From an uncultured Coprobacillus sp. (lineage in GTDB: Bacteria; Bacillota_I; Bacilli_A; RFN20; CAG-826), in contig CAZOUY010000005.1 of assembly GCA_964583155.1 (NCBI GenBank), positions 7,698-71,697 of the forward strand: a stretch of 64,000 bases of DNA. Reading direction: 5' to 3'. The position numbers and the translations under genes were made by a program. Position 1 is the first letter of the stretch; the number at the start of each line of letters is the position of its first letter. Shown piece after piece: positions 29,668-42,786 of the stretch. The notes beneath the pieces are model-generated. The model ran no database searches. It was not told the origin of the DNA and worked only from the letters and a program-made list of their open reading frames with translations.

Positions 29668-30454
29668 GAGTGGATTATTGATTCTATTATCTCTTTTTGC
29701 GTTAACTTCATGTTCTATTGAAGTTGGATTTGAGATCGATTGGATTGCCAATATTCCCTCGGAGGTTTGGTCTTCTATTCTCGTGGTCTTAATAGCGTTA
29801 GTGGTTTTTCTGATCGTTTTTATCAAAGCCCGCAAGACTGATCCTTTAAAAAAGCCTAAGGGAATTATGCTGATCGCGGAAATGGCGGTCGAAAAGATGG
29901 ACAATCTGGTGATCGAGACGATGGGGAAGCGCTTTGCTTCTTTTACTCCTTATGCGATTGCCGTCGGAGTCTATGTCTTTTTGTGCTTCATCATTGGTAT
30001 TATGGGTTTCGCCTCTCCGATGACATATTTTATGGTTCCTTTCACAATCGCCCTATGTACCTTTATTTTGATTCATGCGACCAGTGTCAAATATACCAAA
30101 TGGAAGTACTTTAAGCGATATATCGAACCATTTCCTGTCTTTTTACCGGTTAATTTATTATCGATGTGGGCCCCGCTTCTATCGTTATCATTCCGTCTTT
30201 TCGGGAATGCTATCTCGGGATGGGTTCTCATGCAAATCGTCTATTCAGCTTTAGAGTGGGTATCGAATTTAGTGTTTGGATTACCGTATTTTGTGGCTCC
30301 CTTTATTGCCCCGATGCTCCATGCCTATTTTGATATATTTTCGGGTTTCATCCAGGCTTTAGTCTTCTTGATGGTGTCCATGCTTCTTATCGCACAAGAG
30401 GCACCTGAGGAGGATGAAGAAAGCACCGCTATGGAACCGATTTTAAGTAAGTGA
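29654..30454 (+). CDS. atpB: F0F1 ATP synthase subunit a
   Basis: LSFRLFGNAISGWVLMQIV contains the conserved subunit-a Arg. Polytopic membrane protein. Confidence 0.85.
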   Translation: MKKIKSGLLILLSLFALTSCSIEVGFEIDWIANIPSEVWSSILVVLIALVVFLIVFIKARKTDPLKKPKGIMLIAEMAVEKMDNLVIETMGKRFASFTPYAIAVGVYVFLCFIIGIMGFASPMTYFMVPFTIALCTFILIHATSVKYTKWKYFKRYIEPFPVFLPVNLLSMWAPLLSLSFRLFGNAISGWVLMQIVYSALEWVSNLVFGLPYFVAPFIAPMLHAYFDIFSGFIQALVFLMVSMLLIAQEAPEEDEESTAMEPILSK

Positions 30455-30492
30455 TTGTTATCAAAACGTAATAGAAAAGGAGGATATTAAAA

Positions 30493-30783
30493 ATGTTATT
30501 ATCAAATCTATTAACCGTTTTAACCGAAGTTAGCGGAGCCGCTAACGAGTTCTCAATGCGAGGCACCGCTTGTATCGCCGCGGCGATTGCCGTTTTAGGC
30601 GGTATGGCTTGTGCTATTACCGAAGGTTTGACGGCGATGAAGGCTGTCGAAGGTGTCGCTCGCAATCCCGAAGCGCAGGGTAAGATCCGTTCTACATTGA
30701 TGGTCGGCTGTGCCTTAGCGGAAACCACTGGTATTTATGCATTATTGGTTGCTCTCTTAATTTTATTCTTTGTCGCAATGTAA
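30493..30783 (+). CDS. atpE: F0F1 ATP synthase subunit c
   Basis: Proteolipid hairpin with GLTAMKAVEGVARNPEAQGKIRSTLMVGCALAETTGIYALLVALLILF. Confidence 0.9.
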   Translation: MLLSNLLTVLTEVSGAANEFSMRGTACIAAAIAVLGGMACAITEGLTAMKAVEGVARNPEAQGKIRSTLMVGCALAETTGIYALLVALLILFFVAM

Positions 30784-30796
30784 GAGGTGAAGTACA

Positions 30797-31366
30797 ATGT
30801 CGGGGATTTTGGTAAATATGTATCAAGGACTCGCTACTTTGCTAGTTTATACCTCTAGTGAAAATAATGATTTTATCGATCGCATTATTCCTAAGAATAT
30901 CGAATCTTTTATTGTTCCATTATGCGCCTTTTTAGTTTTGGTGATAGCGGCGACTTTCTTATTTTATAAGCCTGTTAAAAAGGTCTTAAACGAAAGAGCG
31001 GCCTATGTCGAAAATCATATTAAGAGTGCGGAAGCGGCGGATGAAACAGCTAAGGAAAAGCTAGCTTTAGCTGAAGAAGAAGTGACCCATAAGAAAAAGG
31101 AAGCCTATCAGATCATGGTAGGAGCTAAGCAGGATGGGGAAAAGGAAAAAGAGAGAATTATTCAAAGCGCGAAGGAAGAAGCACAAGAGCTGATTCATAA
31201 AGCGGAATTGGATATTGCTCAAAGTCGCCAGAAAGCATTGGATGATGTTCATGATGAAATGGTAGAGGTGGCTATCGAAGCCTCAAAGGCCATTTTACAG
31301 CGTGAAGTCGATAAGGATGATCACCAGCGTTTGGTTCAACAATTTATAAAGGATGTTGAAAAATAA
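30797..31366 (+). CDS. atpF: F0F1 ATP synthase subunit b
   Basis: One N-terminal TM helix and a long charged coiled coil. Operon position. Confidence 0.8.
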   Translation: MSGILVNMYQGLATLLVYTSSENNDFIDRIIPKNIESFIVPLCAFLVLVIAATFLFYKPVKKVLNERAAYVENHIKSAEAADETAKEKLALAEEEVTHKKKEAYQIMVGAKQDGEKEKERIIQSAKEEAQELIHKAELDIAQSRQKALDDVHDEMVEVAIEASKAILQREVDKDDHQRLVQQFIKDVEK

Positions 31367-31923
31367 TGGATAGCGTCAAGAATCGATATGCTTTAGCGTT
31401 ATTAAGTATCGCTAAAGATGCTCATCTCGTTAACGAATATCAAGAGCAAGCAAAGAGCGTTTATCAAATTTTGAAGGAAAATCCGGATTATATACGGGTA
31501 CTTTCGTCGTGCTTTCTTTCTAAGGAGGAGAAGCATGCGCTTTTAGATGAGGCTTTTCAATCGTTAACCTTAAAATCGATCGTTTCCTTTCTGAAAGTGG
31601 TTGTCGATAATGAAAGAACGGTTATGATTTTATCGATTCTGCAGGAATTTCACTCCCTATGTAATGAGCAATTACAGGTAGCGGAGGGCATCGTTTATTC
31701 TGTTATGGAATTATCTGAGCAAGAGATGAGCGATATTACGGAAGTGATATCAAAGAAATTAAAGCAAAAGGTTGAATTGAAAAATATTATTGATGAACGT
31801 CTTCTTGGAGGCATTAAGGTCATCATACAGGATCGCGTTTTTGATGGCTCTATCCTTCATAAGGTTGAAATGATGAAAAAGGATTTATTAATTAGAAAGG
31901 CAGGCGGTGGACATGGAAATTAA
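31366..31923 (+). CDS. atpH: F0F1 ATP synthase subunit delta
   Basis: OSCP/delta-like length and operon position. The start overlaps the atpF stop. Confidence 0.75.
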   Translation: MDSVKNRYALALLSIAKDAHLVNEYQEQAKSVYQILKENPDYIRVLSSCFLSKEEKHALLDEAFQSLTLKSIVSFLKVVVDNERTVMILSILQEFHSLCNEQLQVAEGIVYSVMELSEQEMSDITEVISKKLKQKVELKNIIDERLLGGIKVIIQDRVFDGSILHKVEMMKKDLLIRKAGGGHGN

Positions 31924-33418
31924 GGCTAAAGAAATCAGCGCGCTTATCAAAGCGCAAATAGAGGCCTATGATCATAAGGTGGAAAGCAAGGATGTCGGAA
32001 CAGTCATCACCGTGGGTGACGGCATTGCTTTAGTCTATGGACTCGATAAGGCGATGCTTGGAGAGCTACTCATCTTTCCTGATGATGTTTATGGCATGGT
32101 TTTAAATTTAGAGGAAGAGCATGTCGGAGCGGTTCTTTTAGGCAATGATCGCGGTATTAAGGAAGGCGATATGGTCAAAAGAACTGGACGGGTTGTCGAA
32201 GTACCGGTTGGGGATGAGCTTTTAGGGCGTGTCGTTAACGCTCTTGGACAACCGATTGATGGTCTAGGCGAGATTAAATGCCAAAAGCATCGTCCGATCG
32301 AACGTATCGCTCCGGGAGTCATGTCCCGTAAATCGGTGGATACCCCTTTACAAACCGGCATTACCGCTATCGACGCGATGATCCCGATTGGAAGAGGACA
32401 ACGTGAGCTTATTATCGGCGATCGTCAAACCGGAAAAACGGCGATTGCCATCGATACCATCTTGAATCAAAAGGGCAAGAATTGTCTTTGTGTTTACGTC
32501 GCGATCGGCCAAAAGAATTCGACAGTTGCTCTGATTGTTGAAAAGCTGAGAGTGGGCGGCGCTTTATCCTACACTACGGTCGTCTCGGCGACAGCTTCGG
32601 AATTAGCCCCGCTTCAATATATTGCTCCTTATGCCGGAGTCACGATGGCGGAGGAATGGATGGAACGAGGCTTGGATGTCTTGATCGTCTACGATGATTT
32701 AAGCAAGCACGCCGTGGCCTATCGAACGCTCTCTCTTCTTTTAAAGCGTTCACCGGGACGAGAAGCTTATCCGGGTGATGTCTTTTATCTCCATTCACGG
32801 CTTTTGGAACGAGCCTGCAAGCTTAACGAAGAGCATGGTGGCGGATCGATTACCGCCTTACCGATCGTCGAAACGCAGGCCGGTGACATTTCGGCATATA
32901 TTCCCACTAATGTCATTTCCATTACCGATGGCCAAATCTTCTTAATGACGGAGCTTTTTAATGCCGGTCAAAGACCCGCGGTTGATAGCGGATTATCGGT
33001 ATCTCGTGTCGGTAGTGCGGCACAAATTAAAGCGATGAAGCAGGTCTCCGGTTCTTTAAAAATCGATTTAGCCTCTTATCATGAATTGCAGGCCTTTTCT
33101 CAATTTGGCAGTGATCTCGATGAGTCGACGAAAAATGTTTTGCATCATGGTGGCGTCCTGATGGAGGTCTTAAAGCAACAGCAATACGTCAATTATCCCG
33201 TTGAAAAGCAGATTATCGATCTATTTGCGAGCAAGCATCACTATCTAGAAAAAATAGCTTTAGAGGAAGTGCGACCTTGTTTAGATAATCTTTATCAATA
33301 TTTATTGACAAAATATAATCATCTTCTTGAACGAATTAGCGAAGAAAAGGTTATTTCACAAGAAACGGATAGCGAATTAAAGCACGCTATTGAAGAATAC
33401 ATGGTCAGCTATCGCTGA
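31913..33418 (+). CDS. atpA: F0F1 ATP synthase subunit alpha
   Basis: Walker [19 protein letters not shown] and an alpha-subunit-wide match. The ATG at 31913 is preferred over the GTG at 31907. Confidence 0.9.
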   Translation: MEIKAKEISALIKAQIEAYDHKVESKDVGTVITVGDGIALVYGLDKAMLGELLIFPDDVYGMVLNLEEEHVGAVLLGNDRGIKEGDMVKRTGRVVEVPVGDELLGRVVNALGQPIDGLGEIKCQKHRPIERIAPGVMSRKSVDTPLQTGITAIDAMIPIGRGQRELIIGDRQTGKTAIAIDTILNQKGKNCLCVYVAIGQKNSTVALIVEKLRVGGALSYTTVVSATASELAPLQYIAPYAGVTMAEEWMERGLDVLIVYDDLSKHAVAYRTLSLLLKRSPGREAYPGDVFYLHSRLLERACKLNEEHGGGSITALPIVETQAGDISAYIPTNVISITDGQIFLMTELFNAGQRPAVDSGLSVSRVGSAAQIKAMKQVSGSLKIDLASYHELQAFSQFGSDLDESTKNVLHHGGVLMEVLKQQQYVNYPVEKQIIDLFASKHHYLEKIALEEVRPCLDNLYQYLLTKYNHLLERISEEKVISQETDSELKHAIEEYMVSYR

Positions 33419-33459
33419 TAATAATAACGATATTCTAGAAAGAAAGGAGAGAATGAACG

Positions 33460-35719
<2,260 letters not shown>

Positions 35720-35720
<1 letters not shown>

Positions 35721-36115
35721 TGAGCTTTCATTTTCAAATTGTGACCCCGAAAGGCGTGTTTTATGAAGGGGAAGCCGATATCATAAATTTACCACTCACG
35801 GAAGGATTAACGGGAATTTTACCGCATCATTTTCCCTTAGTATCAATGATTGAAACCGGAAAAATGACGATTCGTTACCAAAAGACCGTTCGCGAATTGG
35901 CGATATCCGGTGGTGTCATTCATGTTCAAGAGGATAAGACGCTGATCTTGGCTAACGCTGTTGAATTTAAGGAGCAAATCGATGTCGAAAGAGCGAAAAA
36001 GGCGGAGGAAAGAGCGCGCAGGCGTTTAGAAATGGCCGACAATAATATCGATGTCAAACGCGCCGAATTGGCTTTAAAAAGAGCGTTAAATCGTCAAAAT
36101 GTCGCTAATAAATAA
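35720..36115 (+). CDS. atpC: F0F1 ATP synthase subunit epsilon
   Basis: 131 aa, overlapping the atpD stop, with N-terminal beta-sandwich plus C-terminal helices. Confidence 0.8.
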
Positions 36116-36132
36116 GACTTTATAATAATATG

Positions 36133-36168
36133 AAACGTGATTTGAATAAGATAAATCACGTTTTTTTA
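36133..36168 (+). terminator. Rho-independent terminator of the atp operon
   Basis: AAACGTGATTT/AAATCACGTTT stem followed by TTTTTTAT. Confidence 0.65.
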
Positions 36169-36330
36169 TGATAATAAAAAGACGCTAATGATATTAATAT
36201 TTAGATTTTATAAGCAAAATGCAAGAAATAAGGTGGCCTTTTTTTAATTTTTCTTAGGACGATATAATTTTTATTTTGTTTACTAGTTTATAAAAATGTG
36301 CTAATATTCAAATTATGATTTGGAGGCATT

Positions 36331-37449
36331 ATGGTTACTTTAAAAGAAGTTAAGACAAAAAGAGACTTAAAAAAGTTTATTCGATTCCAAAACGATTTAT
36401 ATCGTCATAATCCCTATTATGTTGCGCCATTGATGGCTGATGAATTGGCCATGTTCAATCCGCAAACAAACGGAGCCTATGAATGGTCGGATACCTATTT
36501 ATTTTTAGCTTATCGTGATAAAAAAATTGTGGGTCGCATCGCTGGCATCTACAATCGGAAATATATTGAAAAAACCGGAAAGAATCAAATGCGTATCACA
36601 CGCTTCGACTTTATCGATGATTATGAAGTTTCCGAGACTCTTGTTAACAAGATCAAGGAAATCGCTTTATCATTGGGCGCCCATGAAATCATTGGGCCGA
36701 TCGGCTTTTCCGATCTCGATAAGGAAGGAATGCTAGTTGAAGGCTTTGATCAATTATCAATGTATATTACCATCTATAACTATGAATATTATTTAAAGCA
36801 CATGACAAAGATGGGCTTTGAAAAAGAATGTGAATGGCTGGAATATCGTATTAAGATTCCTCAAGAGCCGATTCCGACTTTAGAAAAATTAGCGGCACGA
36901 TCCATTCAAAAGTTCGGTTATCGCGTCGTCAAGTTTTCTTCATTGAAGGAAGCGACACCGGAAATATTCAAGGGTCTCGATATTATGAATGAGGTTTACG
37001 ATAAGCTCTATGGCTATACCGCTTTGACGGAGCGCCAAAAGAAAGAATTCATGAATAATTTTAAGACAATTTTGAATGTCGATTATTTATATGCCGTCTA
37101 TACTTCGGACAATCAATTGGCGGGCTATGGCCTATTAGCGCCCTCTATTTCGGAGGCTATGCAGAAATGCAATGGGCATTTGAATCTCCGCGGAATCATC
37201 AAGCTTTTAAAGACGATGAAGCATCATGAGGTCGTTGATCTTTATTCCATCGGCGTTCGTCCAGAATTTATGGGGAATGGTGTCAATATCATTATTTTAA
37301 ATGAAGGCATCAAGTCTTGTATCAAAAACGGAGTCAAATTTGCGGAAACAGGCCCTGAGCTTGAAAGCAATGAAAAGGTCCAATCGCAATGGAAATCGTT
37401 CGACCATGTCCAGCATAAAAAACGCCGCTGTTGGATTTTACATTTTTAA
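36331..37449 (+). CDS. Hypothetical protein, possibly a GNAT-like acyltransferase
   Basis: 372 aa with a TGGAGG RBS. Weak resemblance to acyl-CoA N-acyltransferase folds. The call is low confidence. Confidence 0.35.
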   Translation: MVTLKEVKTKRDLKKFIRFQNDLYRHNPYYVAPLMADELAMFNPQTNGAYEWSDTYLFLAYRDKKIVGRIAGIYNRKYIEKTGKNQMRITRFDFIDDYEVSETLVNKIKEIALSLGAHEIIGPIGFSDLDKEGMLVEGFDQLSMYITIYNYEYYLKHMTKMGFEKECEWLEYRIKIPQEPIPTLEKLAARSIQKFGYRVVKFSSLKEATPEIFKGLDIMNEVYDKLYGYTALTERQKKEFMNNFKTILNVDYLYAVYTSDNQLAGYGLLAPSISEAMQKCNGHLNLRGIIKLLKTMKHHEVVDLYSIGVRPEFMGNGVNIIILNEGIKSCIKNGVKFAETGPELESNEKVQSQWKSFDHVQHKKRRCWILHF

Positions 37450-37456
37450 AAAAAAG

Positions 37457-37486
37457 AAAGTGGAAAATATCTTCCACTTTTTTATT
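37457..37486. terminator. Bidirectional terminator between convergent genes
   Basis: AAGTGGAA-AATATC-TTCCACTT flanked by an A-tract and a T-tract. Confidence 0.5.
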
Positions 37487-38030
37487 TTGCTTTGACAAAG
37501 CTATCGAGAAAATGTGCAAAATAGCGATAGCTCTGAAATCCTTTTGAGGGGATACCATGCGAAGCGACAAGCTCGCCTAAGCGAAAAAAATAAAAATAGG
37601 GTGTGCCATAGCGTAAGGTACCATTTTCATTTGTAGAGAAGAGATCTGGATAAAGCGAACCTAGACCATCGATAATTTCTTGATCACTGTTACCTAAGGT
37701 GTATTTTTCTAAGGTTGAAAACACATAATGGGTCGTACAAATGTATTTCATAAAGATTGGCTGCGCGAGAAGGCAATAATGACATTCCGGAGAGTGCATA
37801 TACAAGACAAAATCCTCTTTTTGATCGATTTTGGTCATGATAGAAGCGACGGTGACCGTTTCGCTATAATTAGAATAAGATAATTCTTGATAATCAACAT
37901 CAGCGGGTTTAACATAAAGCTCATTTTTCGATAGCGGAATTTTCAAATCATCAGGGAGTCCCATCTTGGATCCGCATGAGGAAAGAAGAACACTGATTAA
38001 CAAACCGCTTACAGCTAATTTTTTTTGCAT
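37482..38030 (-). CDS. Thioredoxin-fold lipoprotein (CxxC)
   Basis: Lipobox LLSSCG, a CHYC redox motif inside MHSPECHYCLLAQPIF, and a length of about 180 aa. Confidence 0.5.
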   Translation of the reverse strand: MQKKLAVSGLLISVLLSSCGSKMGLPDDLKIPLSKNELYVKPADVDYQELSYSNYSETVTVASIMTKIDQKEDFVLYMHSPECHYCLLAQPIFMKYICTTHYVFSTLEKYTLGNSDQEIIDGLGSLYPDLFSTNENGTLRYGTPYFYFFRLGELVASHGIPSKGFQSYRYFAHFLDSFVKAK

Positions 38031-38139
38031 GATCTCGCCTCCATCATTTATATTATATCACAAATTATGATTTCGTTATTTTAGACCTATTGTTTTTACT
38101 TGATTCATGCTAAAATAAAGAAAACAAGGAGGATTTATC

Positions 38140-38682
38140 ATGAATATATGGCACGATGTGTCGAAAAGCCGTATTCAACCGGAAGATTTTGTGGCGTGCA
38201 TTGAAATACCATCCGGATGCAAGAATAAGTATGAGCTCGATAAACAAACCGGGACCCTTATTTTAGATCGCATTCTTTATACATCCACCCACTATCCGCA
38301 AAATTATGGCTTTATTCCTCATACATATGCAGGAGATTATGATCCACTCGATGTTCTTGTTATCTGTTCAGAGCCGATCGTACCGTTGGCTTTAGTTCAA
38401 TGCTATCCTATTGGTATCGTCAATATGGTCGATTCAGGTTTACCGGATGAGAAGATTATTGCGGTTTGCGCTCACGATCCGATATATGGTAATTATCGTG
38501 AAATATGCGAATTACCGGCACATATCTTTGATGAAATATGTCATTTTTTCCGGGTTTATAAAAACCTAGAGAAAAAGGATACGGATGTTCTTTCGATTGA
38601 AGGACGTCAAAAGGCGATTGAGGTTATTAAACAAGCGATCGCTAATTATGAAAAAGAATTTGGAAATAAAGGAGAAAAATAA
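38140..38682 (+). CDS. ppa: Inorganic pyrophosphatase (family I)
   Basis: [13 protein letters not shown]...DGDPLDVLV-type motifs (here [12 protein letters not shown]). Confidence 0.85.
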   Translation: MNIWHDVSKSRIQPEDFVACIEIPSGCKNKYELDKQTGTLILDRILYTSTHYPQNYGFIPHTYAGDYDPLDVLVICSEPIVPLALVQCYPIGIVNMVDSGLPDEKIIAVCAHDPIYGNYREICELPAHIFDEICHFFRVYKNLEKKDTDVLSIEGRQKAIEVIKQAIANYEKEFGNKGEK

Positions 38683-39317
38683 TGAAATTATTTATTGATA
38701 CGGCTAATATCGAGCATATTAGAATCGCTTCCAAATGGGGAGTCATTTCAGGTGCGACCACCAATCCATCTTTGATTGCTAAAGAAGGAAGAAAGGTAGA
38801 GGAGGTCGTCAAAGAAATCGTCACCTTAATCGATGGACCTATTTCGGCGGAGGTCCAAGAGGCTAGCGCCGAAGAAATGGTGGCCGAAGCCCGGAAATTG
38901 GTCAAAATCCATCCTAATATCGTCATCAAAATTCCGATGACTATGGAGGGGATTGCGGCGACCTCGATTTTGCATAAGGAAGGAATCCATACGAATGTGA
39001 CCTTAGTTTTCTCAGTTTCGCAGGCCTTAATGGCGTGTGAAGCGGGTGCGACTTATATTTCACCATTCATGGGCCGCGTGGATGATGCGGGACATTCCGG
39101 TGCGGAATTGATCGCTAAAATCATGGCGATGATTAGCAATTATGGCTATGAAACCCAAGTCATCGCCGCTAGCATCCGCAATTTAGCTCATGTTGAGCAA
39201 GCCGCTTTAGCCGGTGCGGATATCGCAACCATTCCGTTTGCCGTCTTAGAAAAGATGGTGAAGGATCCTTTAACCGATAACGGATTAGCGATTTTTAGAG
39301 AAGCAGCCAAAAAATAA
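38682..39317 (+). CDS. Fructose-6-phosphate aldolase/transaldolase family protein (TalC/Fsa type)
   Basis: [14 protein letters not shown]...GATTNPSL and a TalC-like length of 211 aa. Confidence 0.8.
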   Translation: MKLFIDTANIEHIRIASKWGVISGATTNPSLIAKEGRKVEEVVKEIVTLIDGPISAEVQEASAEEMVAEARKLVKIHPNIVIKIPMTMEGIAATSILHKEGIHTNVTLVFSVSQALMACEAGATYISPFMGRVDDAGHSGAELIAKIMAMISNYGYETQVIAASIRNLAHVEQAALAGADIATIPFAVLEKMVKDPLTDNGLAIFREAAKK

Positions 39318-39330
39318 CGATGAAAAGATA

Positions 39331-39363
39331 AATGTCCATCGATGAAGGATGGGCATTTTTTTG
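39331..39363 (+). terminator. Rho-independent terminator
   Basis: ATGTCCATC/GATGGGCAT stem with one G-U wobble, then TTTTTTT. Confidence 0.55.
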
Positions 39364-39426
39364 ATTAATTAATAGTTAAAAGGCCCAATTTCTGATTTTT
39401 ATCATACGCTAAAGAGGGTGATAAAA

Positions 39427-39843
39427 ATGCGAGTTCGTTATCGGGATGCGGACGTTTCTTTATTAGGACGATTAATGCGTTCAGAAGCACAAGGAGAAGG
39501 CAATTTTGGTATGAAATTAGTCGGCAATGTTGTTATTAATCGCGTTGTTGCGAATTGTTCTCCTTTTAAAAAGCTTTCCACAATTGAAAGTGTTGTCATG
39601 CAAAAAAATGCCTTTGAGGGCATTAATACGCCATTATTTCAGGCAGGAGCGACCACCTTAGAAAGAAGATTAGCGCTCGATTGTATTAAATTTTGGCGAG
39701 CCGATCCGGCCTATGCGGCGTTATATTTTCAAGCGCCCGGGAAAGGGAAGCCTTGTAAAACACGATTTTGGGGAAAATTAGAGGGGAAATTTAAAAACCA
39801 TTGCTTTTATTCCTCGGATGGCGATGAAGATTGTGGACTATAG
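39427..39843 (+). CDS. Cell wall hydrolase, SleB/CwlJ-like (Hydrolase_2 domain only)
   Basis: LMRSEAQGEGNFGMKLVGNVVINRV matches the Hydrolase_2 core. About 139 aa. The preferred start is the ATG at 39427. Confidence 0.55.
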   Translation: MRVRYRDADVSLLGRLMRSEAQGEGNFGMKLVGNVVINRVVANCSPFKKLSTIESVVMQKNAFEGINTPLFQAGATTLERRLALDCIKFWRADPAYAALYFQAPGKGKPCKTRFWGKLEGKFKNHCFYSSDGDEDCGL

Positions 39844-40659
39844 TAAATGAAGCGGATCATCTAAATGCTCCGCTTTTTCTTTAGCGATATGAAGATAGAC
39901 ATCATCATGATATAGTTCATTCATCATAAGAGCCCAATAGTACCATAAAAGATCATTAAACTGTAAAAAGGCCATCACTTTTTGATAGTGCTCCGCGGTT
40001 AAAGGTGTTAAAAAATATTGTTTCAAGAAATATTTAATCAAATCCGGATCTTTGAGGTTATTCTCACTGATAAAGGAAGCTAAATCAAAATAAGGATCAT
40101 CATAGCCACCGTATTCCAAATCGATGATTTCGACATGATCGGAAAAAAGGAGGATATTGCCACTTACGAGATCATGATGACAGGGAACCTGTTGGTCGGA
40201 TAAGAAAAGCAAATAATTATCAATAATGGCTTTTTCCTTCGGATGCGGATTTATTTTCGCTCTTTTTCGATATTGATAGCATCTATCTAAACCATCGAAC
40301 TTTTGAAGACCACTGATTGCGGTTTGATGCATTTTTCTTAAAAGGTGAGCGATCTCTTGATAAGTCGTTAGCGATGCTTGTTGAGCGTCAAATTCATGAA
40401 AACCCTGAATATAGGGGGTGATTTTCAAATTTCTTTGAGCGTCGAAGGCTAATAAAGGAATCGAAGGATGGATTAACGCTCCAAGAGCGGTCTCCATCAA
40501 TTTTTCGTTAGCGGGAGAAAGATCGTAGCGAAGAGGCTTCTTAGGAACGCGCAAAAGATAACGATCATTGATAAGATAATGGTCGTTGCTCAATCCGAGT
40601 TTCATTTGTCGAACACTATTGATAGGCTCTAAGGTGAAAAAGGCGAGATATTCTTCCAT
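39838..40659 (-). CDS. Phosphotransferase family protein (choline/ethanolamine kinase/APH-like)
   Basis: Catalytic loop HHDLVSGNILL and the IIDLEYGGYDDPYFDLASF motif. Confidence 0.65.
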   Translation of the reverse strand: MEEYLAFFTLEPINSVRQMKLGLSNDHYLINDRYLLRVPKKPLRYDLSPANEKLMETALGALIHPSIPLLAFDAQRNLKITPYIQGFHEFDAQQASLTTYQEIAHLLRKMHQTAISGLQKFDGLDRCYQYRKRAKINPHPKEKAIIDNYLLFLSDQQVPCHHDLVSGNILLFSDHVEIIDLEYGGYDDPYFDLASFISENNLKDPDLIKYFLKQYFLTPLTAEHYQKVMAFLQFNDLLWYYWALMMNELYHDDVYLHIAKEKAEHLDDPLHLL

Positions 40660-40715
40660 AGCGACTACTCCTTTCCTTTGGAAAATGGTATATTAATAAA
40701 AAACGAGGTGTCATT

Positions 40716-41237
40716 ATGCTCCATATTATTTTATATCAACCGGAAATTCCTGCCAATACGGGAAATATTATGCGAACCTGTAAAGCCATAAATGCCACGC
40801 TTCACATCATTGGTCCTTTGACATTTTCTTTAGAAGAAAAATCGTTGAAAAGGGCCGGAATGGATTATATTGAAGGCTTGACAATGAAAATATATGAATC
40901 ATACGTTGATTTTTGTCAAAAGAATCCGAATGCGGATATCTATTATATCAGTCGCTATGGCGAAAAGACATATTCACAAGCGGATTTCACGCATATTGCC
41001 CATACCTATTATTTGATGTTTGGACGAGAATCGATGGGGATTCCGCATGATATTCTTAATGATCATCTCGATCGATGCCTAAGGATTCCGATGGTAGCGA
41101 GCGCGAGAAGCCTCAATCTTTCGAACTGTGTGGCGATTGTCGCCTATGAAGTCATGAGACAGCAGGGCTTTTATGGATTGAGCACCAAGGAAGCGATTAA
41201 GGGGGAAGATTTTTTATTGAAGGAGAAAGGTAAATAA
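40716..41237 (+). CDS. trmL: tRNA (cytidine34/U34-2'-O)-methyltransferase, SpoU family
   Basis: LHIILYQPEIPANTGNIMRTC and a SPOUT fold length of 173 aa. Confidence 0.75.
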   Translation: MLHIILYQPEIPANTGNIMRTCKAINATLHIIGPLTFSLEEKSLKRAGMDYIEGLTMKIYESYVDFCQKNPNADIYYISRYGEKTYSQADFTHIAHTYYLMFGRESMGIPHDILNDHLDRCLRIPMVASARSLNLSNCVAIVAYEVMRQQGFYGLSTKEAIKGEDFLLKEKGK

Positions 41238-42608
41238 CGAGTCATCGATCTTATTTAAATGCAGCGTTTGATAATGATTGAGCTGTACAAGACCGGATTT
41301 GGATGTTTTTTTCACCTGATTAATCGGAGTATAAATGACATCGCCATCGGATAGATGCGCTAGCTTAAGGGCTAACGAGGCGGCATAAATAAGGACTTCC
41401 TTATTGGGATTGCTATCAAAAATAACGACATGAGCGCCTTGATGATTTTGAACGTGCAGGAAGATATCGTTTTTGCGCGCTAAATGAAAGGTCAAGGTAT
41501 CATTTTGGAGATTGTTTTTGCCATAGCCGATTTTTACGCCCTGAAAGTAGCAAAAATATGGTTGAATCGCTGGATGATGGGGGAACTTTTTCTTAGAGGC
41601 CTTCTTTAAATAACCATTATTTACTAGTTCTTCTTCCATCTCCTGCAAATCACGTTCGGAGGCTCCTTCCCATTGCGATTCCAAAATACTAAAATAATCG
41701 ATTTCCGCTTTGGTCTCCGCCATTTGTCTTGTTAAATGCTCTTCGGCATTCCGAGCTTTTTGGTATTTCTTATAATATAGAAGCGCATTGTCTTTTGCGG
41801 ATTTATCCGCATCAAGAGGAATGACATAATCAAAAATGCGGAATTCGTTTTGCTCAGGATGCACCTCATCAAGATAGGTGATGAGCAAATCTCCGTATTC
41901 CTTCCACATGTCCTTTTTTTGCGACATGAGCAATTCTTGATTTTGGCGTTGCCATTTTTTTAACGCTGATTTTTTATGCGATTTGATTAACGATAAAATC
42001 GCATTAAACTTATCCTTTTTGCGCTTGTCTTCGATGCTTTTTCGGTAATCATCAAAAAGGGATAGATAATCAAACGCGATGGGGTCGATATTTTCCTTCC
42101 ATTGCACGTTTTTTTCAGGACAAGTATAGGTTAATCCCTTTAACAAAGGGCGTTTGCTTTCCAAATCACCATGACGATAGACAAGTAAAATCCTTCGATC
42201 CTTATCCAGCAAAAGCATATTAGCATTACCGGTAATCAATTCAATCACCAAGTAGCGGCGGTTTGTTTCATAGACATCATTTGTACATTGTAAGGTCCAA
42301 ACCACGATCCGATCATTATTCCATAATTCAAGATTTTCGACATAGGCATGATCAAGCTCTTTCCGCAATGAAAGAAAAAATGGTGACGCGAGAGTGCTGC
42401 TTGGATCCTTAAATTCAGTAAGACTTATAAAAGGATGAGAAGATTGTAAGGAAATAATCACCCGTTGGGTCTTATTTTTCGAAAGAGAAAAGAAGAAATC
42501 AGTTTTCGAATATTCAACGAATTTACCAAGATAAGAGCCAAGAGCTTTTTCTTTTATTTCTTGAACAATATAGAGCAGATTACCAGCATTTAAAGACATT
42601 TTCATCAC
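41214..42608 (-). CDS. rqcH: NFACT family protein (RqcH/FbpA-like ribosome quality control)
   Basis: An N-terminal NFACT-N-like pattern. The C-terminal NFACT-R/DUF814 motif is VHVQNHQGAHVVIF...TPINQVKK. At 464 aa it is shorter than canonical RqcH. Confidence 0.5.
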   Translation of the reverse strand: MMKMSLNAGNLLYIVQEIKEKALGSYLGKFVEYSKTDFFFSLSKNKTQRVIISLQSSHPFISLTEFKDPSSTLASPFFLSLRKELDHAYVENLELWNNDRIVVWTLQCTNDVYETNRRYLVIELITGNANMLLLDKDRRILLVYRHGDLESKRPLLKGLTYTCPEKNVQWKENIDPIAFDYLSLFDDYRKSIEDKRKKDKFNAILSLIKSHKKSALKKWQRQNQELLMSQKKDMWKEYGDLLITYLDEVHPEQNEFRIFDYVIPLDADKSAKDNALLYYKKYQKARNAEEHLTRQMAETKAEIDYFSILESQWEGASERDLQEMEEELVNNGYLKKASKKKFPHHPAIQPYFCYFQGVKIGYGKNNLQNDTLTFHLARKNDIFLHVQNHQGAHVVIFDSNPNKEVLIYAASLALKLAHLSDGDVIYTPINQVKKTSKSGLVQLNHYQTLHLNKIDDSLFTFLLQ

Positions 42609-42734
42609 CTTTTTTAATATATCATAGATGCTTCAAAAAAGAAAAAGAATAGGTATATAATGAACATAAGCGTAAATTTATTAAGATTGGTATTAAATAG
42701 ATAATATAATATGAAAATATTTAAAAAAGTGTTA

Positions 42735-42763
42735 TTGTTATTTTAGATAGTCGCCATAATAAT
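42735..42763 (+). promoter_or_regulatory. Weak candidate sigma-A promoter upstream of the SLR-TIR-NACHT gene
   Basis: TTGTTA, a 17-nt spacer and AATAAT. RBS AGAGG lies 9 nt before the ATG at 42787. Confidence 0.25.
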
Positions 42764-42786
42764 TTTCATTAATAGAGGTATAAACA

